From positions 4,252 to 68,251 of the forward strand of contig JAZLDS010000002.1 of the NCBI GenBank assembly GCA_045614865.1: 64,000 bases of DNA, given 5' to 3'. Below are positions 7,977-14,557 of the stretch, one piece after another; within the stretch, counting starts at the first letter, position 1; each line of letters begins with the position of its first letter. Below the pieces are notes generated by a model. It searched no databases and had not been told where the DNA came from. It was given only the letters and a program-made list of their open reading frames with translations. The stretch is from Paludibacteraceae bacterium. Its GTDB lineage: Bacteria > Bacteroidota > Bacteroidia > Bacteroidales > Paludibacteraceae. Both the position numbers and the translations under genes were made by a program.

Positions 7977-8004
7977 GTTATATTCATGGTGATATGTGTA
8001 ACAA

Positions 8005-9486
8005 TTAAATATCTATATGACGTGCTGGATCAAAGCCGTTATGATGGTGCTCGCCGTGAGATATATAACCGAGTTGGTTGGAGAGAATTCGAGTACCACC
8101 TATCTGCGCATCTATATTACGATGCGAGTGGCCATAAATCCAATAGTCGATTCCTGAATCAACTATATACTCGCCCAACTCCACCGTAAAGGCTCCGCTG
8201 ATCGTACTACCACAGAACTCCTGTGCAGTACACAGATGTGTTGGCACATGGTGAGTAAGAACAATCTTGGTCTTAGCTTTACTCTCTACTACTGCCTGCT
8301 GGATAAATTGAAAACAACGTGCATGTTCGCGATTGAAGTCTTCGGCAGTCAAACGATGACCATTGTACTTAATTCGGTAGAAATCACTCACATTACGCTC
8401 AGTAAGGAAAGCATCACAAGGTTCGATCTTTGACCAAAGAGTAGAAATAATGATATCTATATCGCCAATCGAAACCACACTATTGTAGTAAGCATGGACA
8501 TTGTGGCGAATCTGACGGCAATAACCATCAGGCATCGTAGAGAGATCATAATGCGCATAGAAATCGTGATTGCCGAGGCAAACGATGACTTGCTGATAAT
8601 GTCTCGATGCCCAATCCCAAAAACTATAACTACCATAAGTATCGAGGTCCGAATCTGGCAAATCAAGATATGCGCTATCACCAGCGATAAGTAGAATATC
8701 ACCCGTTACTTGCAGCGGATGATCTTGCAGGTATTGTCGGTTTTGCGGGAACTCCAAATGCAGGTCGCTTACAAACTGAATCTTGAGGATTGGTGCTTGG
8801 TAGGATGCGATAGACTGAAGAATATCCAAAATCAAATCGGTACGCTCTATCTCTTCAGGAGTAATAGCACATTCAATCTCCTCTGTTAGATTAGGACGCT
8901 TGAGCATAGTCGCAAACTGTTGAGCCAAATAAGACTTGACCTGTCCTGTTTCTGCATTGAACTTATCGACGAACTCCGTACAATAGTTCAGCACATAGAC
9001 AATATCCTCAAAATCGTTAGCTCCGCGCCAATCCGAACCTCCACGAGAGAGAAGTGCATCAATCTTAGTTGCTACGTAATAAGTCACAGGAAGGCGATAG
9101 ATCTCTTGACCAGAAGGCAGAGCATACAACTCGCGATGAGCAAAACCTAGTTCATACCAACGGTTGCCAAACGAAAGACTTTGTTCGTTCATAGACATAA
9201 CATCTACCATCTCGCCATTATACACCCAACGGCAAATCACAGGCGGTTCAGAATCGTGATCGTTCTGAAAATGTTTCTTGCGGAGCAATTGCTCAAAAGC
9301 TGCATGCTCGGCATAGGAGTTGGAATCTACCACACAATCCACATCAATAGTAGTACGTGGTTCGGTAGCCGCAGGATCGGTAGCATATGCTCCTGCCACA
9401 GCTCCACCCACATAGACCAATCGTTCATTGAGTTCTTGCATGGCTGAAGCTATATACTGCAAGCGTTCGTTATTGGTTCTCTGCAT
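8005..9486 (-). CDS. fusion protein: AbiEii/MNT-like nucleotidyltransferase + calcineurin-like metallophosphoesterase
   Basis: N-terminal half has the NTase signature YVGGAVAG...TIDVDCVV. C-terminal half has all five phosphoesterase motifs (SDLHLE, AGDSAY, GNHDFY, LTHHVP, GHSHRN). The ORF-track start 9591 lies inside the upstream gene. ATG 9486 overlaps the upstream stop by 17 nt; ATG 9441 is an alternative. Confidence 0.7.
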   Translation of the reverse strand: MQRTNNERLQYIASAMQELNERLVYVGGAVAGAYATDPAATEPRTTIDVDCVVDSNSYAEHAAFEQLLRKKHFQNDHDSEPPVICRWVYNGEMVDVMSMNEQSLSFGNRWYELGFAHRELYALPSGQEIYRLPVTYYVATKIDALLSRGGSDWRGANDFEDIVYVLNYCTEFVDKFNAETGQVKSYLAQQFATMLKRPNLTEEIECAITPEEIERTDLILDILQSIASYQAPILKIQFVSDLHLEFPQNRQYLQDHPLQVTGDILLIAGDSAYLDLPDSDLDTYGSYSFWDWASRHYQQVIVCLGNHDFYAHYDLSTMPDGYCRQIRHNVHAYYNSVVSIGDIDIIISTLWSKIEPCDAFLTERNVSDFYRIKYNGHRLTAEDFNREHARCFQFIQQAVVESKAKTKIVLTHHVPTHLCTAQEFCGSTISGAFTVELGEYIVDSGIDYWIYGHSHRNIDAQIGGTRILSNQLGYISHGEHHHNGFDPARHIDI

Positions 9487-9988
9487 AGTTTTGGATTCGT
9501 TTGTTGAGTTCTGCAATTGCAATGGCTTTTTCGCGGGCGCGACCCATACGGAGCGTATCCACAATAACAAGCCATTGGTATAGTTCTTCATCTCTTAAAG
9601 CAGCCTGCAAAGCGGTAGGATACAGCGGTTCGATCTGTTGACCACGCGCTGTGCCTTTAACATCGTGCCATACATAACTATCAGAAGTAGAGGTGAGTTG
9701 CTCTTTGATAGGCGATGCACTCACATAGGCAGGTACACCACGCCCAACTCTGCCAGCCTGCACAGGAAAAACATACTGCACACCATGAATAAGAAACTCC
9801 TGAAGCGCCAAAGTGTTGACACGTTTCTTGTTGCGGTCAACCAGTTGTGCATTTTTACTTCGCTCAAGGCTCTCACTAACACTGGAGGGGTTCATACCTA
9901 AAGACGCAGCTAATCCACGACAAGAAAGATCTTTGCCATCTTGCGTCATTTTTTTTAAAAGAACCAATAAATCTTGCGGTTTCATCAT
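9470..9988 (-). CDS. winged-helix (MarR/AbiEi-like) DNA-binding protein
   Basis: wHTH-like LSCRGLAASLGMNPSSVSESLERSKNAQLV in the N-terminal half. The ORF-track start 10000 is TTG, so ATG 9988 (MMKPQDLL) is preferred. TACCTTTG box lies upstream. Confidence 0.6.
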   Translation of the reverse strand: MMKPQDLLVLLKKMTQDGKDLSCRGLAASLGMNPSSVSESLERSKNAQLVDRNKKRVNTLALQEFLIHGVQYVFPVQAGRVGRGVPAYVSASPIKEQLTSTSDSYVWHDVKGTARGQQIEPLYPTALQAALRDEELYQWLVIVDTLRMGRAREKAIAIAELNKRIQNYAENQ

Positions 9989-10052
9989 TTTATATATCAA
10001 TGGTTTATAGAAAAGTGTTATCCGTTCGTGAACAGATTACACGAATCCGCTG

Positions 10053-10060
10053 CAAAGGTA
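10053..10060 (-). promoter_or_regulatory. -7 box TACCTTTG (wHTH / NTase-phosphoesterase operon)
   Basis: TAnnTTTG match about 65 nt upstream of ATG 9988. Confidence 0.55.
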
Positions 10061-10524
10061 CTACAAAAAATGCACATATGCAAGTAAAGTGAGAAAATTT
10101 ATAAGAAAATAATAGATTTAGAATCTATTTGTACGGATTTCATCGCACTATAGGAGCTCGATCATGATAGTGAGAATGAAAATCAGCACAAAAAGGCGAA
10201 GCCGATTTTCTTATAAATTTGCGCGCGAACTTGCATATGGGCTGCATCGCGCGAACGTAGCTACGAGGGAATTGGCATCAGCCAAGGCAGATGTTCGAAG
10301 GTACTGCTTTTTATTGATATATGCAAGAAAATAATGAAATTATTTGTATTTTAAAAGTGTTTTTCATGAAATCATGCTGAAAAAACTGCGCAAATTTAAA
10401 GTTGCACTTTAAGATTGCGAAGATTTTGCGTGTACCAAAGGCGCAGGGTAGAGTGTAGGGTGTAAAGGCAGGCGCAAGCGCAGTTTAGAGGACGGCTGCG
10501 CTACAATTTAGAGTTTAGAGGCAA

Positions 10525-10556
10525 TAAAAAACCACCGCCCACAAGAGGCGATGGTT
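10525..10556 (-). terminator. intrinsic terminator of the Bro-N gene
   Basis: 10-bp stem AACCACCGCC/GGCGATGGTT (one G-T pair), with a T-run on the minus strand. Confidence 0.7.
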
Positions 10557-10572
10557 GTCTATTGAGAAGTAT

Positions 10573-11415
10573 TTATTCTTCTATAGGTTTTATTTCCTGC
10601 TCAGGCAGATAGTCAGTTGCTTTCGCCGAAGATATAACACTATGACCTAAACGTGCCTCTATCTCCTTGCGGGTATTACCTGCAATAGCACCACCCTCTT
10701 TAGCTACCTTAGCACTCGCACGGAATCCCTGTGGATTGCTCTGTTTGTGCAACTCCGCCGTAGTAATCTCAGCCAATGTATTGAGTGTCAATTCCAAATT
10801 GGTCATATTATCACGGAGGCTCTCCTTATGCAAACCCTTATGGCGTTTATACTCGCCTACTGTCTTACCGCTCCATGCTTGGGTGATGATATTCGTGAGC
10901 GATGCATATTGTTGCCCCTCTTCTACACCTGCACGCTTCCATTCGTCTGTCAACTCCTTGCGCACCTCAATGGAACGAATACGCTGATTGATCCATTTAT
11001 CGGAATATCCTAAACGTGCATAATCAGCGATGGCTTGTTGAATGGAAAGTTCTGGGTCTTGCAACTGATCCAAACGGTCAGACGCCACCTTAGCCATCCA
11101 TTGTTTGAACGGCTCGGCTTTAGGCGATGGCACCGATTGGATAATACGGAACAATTGCTCTTGATCGGCAACATCAGAGAGATAACGCTTACCGTCTGCG
11201 GCAAGCAATTTCAGTTGGTTACAATTTGTAACCGACTCGTTTCCCTCTTTCTTTAGTCGGTTTTTCAAGACCTTCCAATAATTACGAGGCGTAGGGCTAT
11301 CCGTTAAAATAGCGATTACATCCACTACAGAGAAGTACCACTTCTCTTGCACATCGTCCCAAATAGTGCGTACATTGCGCTCTTCAAAGAGTTGTATAGA
11401 TTGTTTCTGAGTCAT
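10573..11415 (-). CDS. Bro-N domain protein (phage antirepressor/DinD-like)
   Basis: 280-aa ORF. VRTIWDDVQEKWYFSVVDVIAILTDS..RNYWKVLKNRL..SPKAEPFKQWMAKV resembles Bacteroidales Bro-N proteins. It has its own promoter box and hairpin terminator. Confidence 0.7.
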   Translation of the reverse strand: MTQKQSIQLFEERNVRTIWDDVQEKWYFSVVDVIAILTDSPTPRNYWKVLKNRLKKEGNESVTNCNQLKLLAADGKRYLSDVADQEQLFRIIQSVPSPKAEPFKQWMAKVASDRLDQLQDPELSIQQAIADYARLGYSDKWINQRIRSIEVRKELTDEWKRAGVEEGQQYASLTNIITQAWSGKTVGEYKRHKGLHKESLRDNMTNLELTLNTLAEITTAELHKQSNPQGFRASAKVAKEGGAIAGNTRKEIEARLGHSVISSAKATDYLPEQEIKPIEE

Positions 11416-11444
11416 ATATATTCATTTCTGTGACCTTTGCGCTG

Positions 11445-11452
11445 CAAAGGTA
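11445..11452 (-). promoter_or_regulatory. -7 box TACCTTTG (Bro-N gene)
   Basis: TAnnTTTG match about 30 nt upstream of ATG 11415. Confidence 0.6.
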
Positions 11453-11478
11453 CAACATTTTTTTTATATTTCCAAATT

Positions 11479-11673
11479 CTAGAAATCATTATCCTCATAC
11501 GAATCCCAACCAGACATGCCATCGTTGTCATAGTCGCCACAATCCCAGTCCTCGCGAGAGGTCCAGTTGCCCGAACCTTGGACGCGATGACGACGACTCT
11601 CGCTAATGCTGCGATAATCCTCCCCGTTGAATTGATTAGAGGAGTCATCAAATAAAAAATCAAATAGTCCCAT
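11479..11673 (-). CDS. hypothetical very acidic small protein (64 aa)
   Basis: ATG ORF 41 nt downstream of the HIRAN gene stop on the same strand. Asp/Trp/Ser/Gly-rich (DWDCGDYDNDGMSGWDSYEDNDF). No family recognised; it may not be translated. Confidence 0.4.
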   Translation of the reverse strand: MGLFDFLFDDSSNQFNGEDYRSISESRRHRVQGSGNWTSREDWDCGDYDNDGMSGWDSYEDNDF

Positions 11674-11714
11674 TCTTGTTTAATGTTTAGAGTGTAGTGT
11701 TTAGAGAGATGTGA

Positions 11715-12050
11715 TTATGCTTCCTTCGCTTTTACAAAAATGCCAATATGCACTTGCTGTTCGGGATAGGCAGTAGGGTCGAGACCCTGCACATACACCT
11801 CAAACAAATCGCCATGGCCCATATCTAGCATAGAAGCCAGTTGCTCATTTTTGCTAGCAGGTACGTATCCGATATGCGTATCCCCATAGAAAATAGCTAC
11901 TGCATCATGGTCATAAGCATTCTCATCCTCACGAACCAATCGCAAAAGAGTACCAATCTTCAAATCATTAAACACCATACAACCCTCATAATGAGCGAAA
12001 CCTGCTACGTTGCAACTAACTAAGAGTTCTTTCTGTTTTTTAATCTTCAT
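11715..12050 (-). CDS. HIRAN domain protein
   Basis: 111-aa ORF with VAGFAHYEG..LVREDENAYDHDAVAIFY..HIGYVP, typical of stand-alone HIRAN domains. TAATTTTG box lies upstream. Confidence 0.7.
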   Translation of the reverse strand: MKIKKQKELLVSCNVAGFAHYEGCMVFNDLKIGTLLRLVREDENAYDHDAVAIFYGDTHIGYVPASKNEQLASMLDMGHGDLFEVYVQGLDPTAYPEQQVHIGIFVKAKEA

Positions 12051-12127
12051 AATCGTAAAATTGAAAAGTTTAACATATAGACTCCACCAAAAAGACCCAA
12101 AAATAGCACTTTTTCTGAAATCCGCTG

Positions 12128-12135
12128 CAAAATTA
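12128..12135 (-). promoter_or_regulatory. -7 box TAATTTTG (HIRAN operon)
   Basis: TAnnTTTG match about 78 nt upstream of ATG 12050. Confidence 0.5.
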
Positions 12136-12179
12136 CTACATCAAACTGCTAAAACTTGTCATAAGCTCAAAAAAATGCA

Positions 12180-12250
12180 AAAAAAAGAGCGATTTGCTCT
12201 TTTTTTAGTTTAGTGGACGGCACAAAGTGCCTACTGTTTAGTGTTTAGAG
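12180..12250. repeat. 71-bp repeat, copy 2 (A/T-flanked hairpin + GGCAC-AAA-GTGCC hairpin + GTTTAGTGTTTAGAG)
   Basis: Same orientation as copy 1. It forms the 3' region of the NlpC/P60 transcript. Confidence 0.9.
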
Positions 12251-12287
12251 GAGAACCGTTATTAACCGCTTAACCGCCTAACCGATA

Positions 12288-13196
12288 TCAAAAATAACGC
12301 TTGATCTGAATAAGGTCATGGGTCTTGGTGCCATCTGAGAGATAAATACCATCGGCATCAATCCGGTCAATATGCACACGGCCTCCCGCACAATGGATAA
12401 TCTCCGTAGGACTCAACAACAATCCTACATGCGTGATCCTAATGGCCAGTGTTTCGCTGTCAGTATAACCAAAAAAGGCTAAATCACCTGGCAAAGCCTC
12501 CGACAACAACTTGACCTCCTCACCCTGCGTGATCTGCTCGCGCGCATTGCGCAAGATAGTCACCCCCACAGCCGCATACACCACCTGCGTGAAACCCGAA
12601 CAATCGAGACCCATCGCATTCTTACCACCCCAGAGATAAGGGGTGTTGAGCAATGTTTGCGCAATGGCGCAAACCGTTTCTCGCCTCATCGCCTCATTGC
12701 CTTTAGCTTCTGGCCTTACACAAGTGGAATCGATGAGGTATTGCTGACCAAGGACCTCGAAGGTGCCCTGGGAGTAGTTGGGCAAACGGGTTCCGAGGGT
12801 GAGTAGCAAAGGGGTTCCGCCGTTGATAGGTGTGGCAGTGGCTATAGGATGGGCAACGACAGCGTCTAGGCGATCAGGCGAAAGGCTAGAGGCGATAACG
12901 CTAGAGATAGGGGTGAGCATGGAGGAGGAGACCCAGCCCACTTGGCCGTCCATAGTGTTGCGGATCTTGGTCCAACCGCGGTGACGCTCAATGAACTCAC
13001 ATACTTCGCCAAAGAGCAGTTGAGTGGCTTGCTCAGCGGAATAAGATGGACTCTCACGCACAGGACACACGGTAGCATTAGCCACAAGGTATTGGACCGT
13101 ATCGGAGGTGACAGGCGCAGAATCTTCGGCCGTAGTATATGGACATGCTAAAAGCAGGCAAAGAGATAAAAGACAAAGTTTAATGGATGGTTTCAT
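12288..13196 (-). CDS. NlpC/P60 (C40) peptidase with SH3b-like domain
   Basis: Signal peptide, SH3b-like middle region, catalytic GLDCSGFTQVVY and downstream ITHVGLL. Confidence 0.85.
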   Translation of the reverse strand: MKPSIKLCLLSLCLLLACPYTTAEDSAPVTSDTVQYLVANATVCPVRESPSYSAEQATQLLFGEVCEFIERHRGWTKIRNTMDGQVGWVSSSMLTPISSVIASSLSPDRLDAVVAHPIATATPINGGTPLLLTLGTRLPNYSQGTFEVLGQQYLIDSTCVRPEAKGNEAMRRETVCAIAQTLLNTPYLWGGKNAMGLDCSGFTQVVYAAVGVTILRNAREQITQGEEVKLLSEALPGDLAFFGYTDSETLAIRITHVGLLLSPTEIIHCAGGRVHIDRIDADGIYLSDGTKTHDLIQIKRYF

Positions 13197-13311
13197 AAAC
13201 GACAGCTATTTTGACGACAATACCGACAATTTTATTTCAACAATAATGACAATTATTTTTGTTATAAAGAAATCTGTGAATAATCCGTGAGATCTGTGGG
13301 GAAAATTAGCA

Positions 13312-14403
13312 TCAACGAACACTGACACCTGTGCCAGGTTTGTCCACCAAGGTCAGTTTGCCCTCTACGATTTGTATGCCCTCGTATGGGTCATTGCCCA
13401 ACAACACATGTCCATCTAAATCGGCATAGTCCACCAGCGCACTCAGCGTGGTTGCTGCGGAGATACCTGCACTAGTTTCCGTCATACAGCCAATCATCAC
13501 TTGCATACCCAACTCACGTGCCAAAGTGATCATCTTGCGTCCCTGAGCTACGCCGCCACATTTCATGAGCTTGATATTGATGCCATCGTAGTATGGTTGC
13601 AATGCAGCCACATCGTCGTAGGTCTGGCATGCCTCATCTGCGATAATAGGCAGTTCCACCTGCTCGCAGAGCCAACGATGCTCCTCGTTCATATGCTTAG
13701 GCATAGGTTGCTCGATGAGCACCACGCCTTGCTCTGACAGCCATTGGCACATCTTCAACGCATGCTCTTGGGTTGGCCAGCCTTGGTTGGCATCTACATA
13801 GATAGGTTTATCGCTAATGCTGCGGATGAGGTTGATCATACGTTTGTCCTCAGCCTCCTCACGGCCAAGTTTCACCTTGAGGATCTTCGCCCATTCGGCT
13901 TCGCGCACCTTGAGTAGCACCACCGAATCGGAGGCATCGTAGCCGATCGTATAGCTGGTGCAAGGAGTAGCATTAGGGTCGATATCCCATAGTTGCCACA
14001 ATGGCTGACCCTCTAGTTTGCCATAAAGATCGTGCAAGGCGATATCGATACTAGCTTTCGCCGCATGATTGCCTGGTGCGAGGGCGTTGACGAGTTGCAT
14101 GATACTATCCACATTGAGTGGAAGGCTGCAGTTGTTGATGACAGGTTCGGCTAATTTGAGGAAAGCACAAACGGACTCTTGGGTCTCTACCAAATAAGGA
14201 GGAAGAGCCGCTTCGCCGTAGCCCGTCTGGCCGTCGAGGGTGATGCGGGTAAGCACGATAGGAGTGGTGGTGCGGGTGTTGGTGGAGATACCAAAAGCAT
14301 GGCGCAACACGCCAGTAAAAGGTTCGTAACTCAGCTGTGCTGTCTTCTCGCACGACTGGAAGATCAATGCCACTACAATGGCTAGGAATAGGATGCGTTT
14401 CAT
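13312..14403 (-). CDS. dipeptide epimerase (L-Ala-D/L-Glu epimerase, enolase superfamily)
   Basis: Motifs KVKLG, YVDANQGW, LIEQP, IIADEA and IKLMKCGG. It sits next to an NlpC/P60 gene, as in the ykfB/ykfC arrangement. Confidence 0.85.
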   Translation of the reverse strand: MKRILFLAIVVALIFQSCEKTAQLSYEPFTGVLRHAFGISTNTRTTTPIVLTRITLDGQTGYGEAALPPYLVETQESVCAFLKLAEPVINNCSLPLNVDSIMQLVNALAPGNHAAKASIDIALHDLYGKLEGQPLWQLWDIDPNATPCTSYTIGYDASDSVVLLKVREAEWAKILKVKLGREEAEDKRMINLIRSISDKPIYVDANQGWPTQEHALKMCQWLSEQGVVLIEQPMPKHMNEEHRWLCEQVELPIIADEACQTYDDVAALQPYYDGINIKLMKCGGVAQGRKMITLARELGMQVMIGCMTETSAGISAATTLSALVDYADLDGHVLLGNDPYEGIQIVEGKLTLVDKPGTGVSVR

Positions 14404-14416
14404 AATATTATTTGGG

Positions 14417-14437
14417 GTGTAGGGTGTAGAGTGTAGG
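14417..14437. repeat. 7-bp tandem GTGTAGG/GTGTAGA/GTGTAGG
   Basis: Three exact head-to-tail units directly upstream (minus sense) of the epimerase start. Confidence 0.95.
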
Positions 14438-14474
14438 CGACGTAGTCGCGGTGAAGGCTTCGCGGTGAAACGGA

Positions 14475-14500
14475 TAACCGAAATTAACCGATACTAACCG
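14475..14500. repeat. three TAACCG units at exact 10-bp spacing
   Basis: TAACCG at 14475, 14485 and 14495. A related array TAACCG x3 at 8-bp spacing lies at 12263-12284. Confidence 0.95.
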
Positions 14501-14506
14501 ATTTAC

Positions 14507-14541
14507 AAAAAGAGGATGACCGAGTGGAACATCCTCTTTTT
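14507..14541 (-). terminator. intrinsic terminator of malQ (A/T-flanked, potentially bidirectional)
   Basis: Stem AGAGGATG/CATCCTCT, flanked by A5 and T5 runs. Confidence 0.75.
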
Positions 14542-14557
14542 GTGTATAGACAGGAAA

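Noticed and set aside
9487-9591. ORF-track N-terminal extension of the NTase-phosphoesterase gene; similar extensions occur at 49216, 46289, 60334, 5323 and 37647
   Set aside because: These extensions begin at non-ATG codons or run into upstream genes or promoter boxes. Internal ATGs that match family N-termini or ATGA overlaps were preferred.
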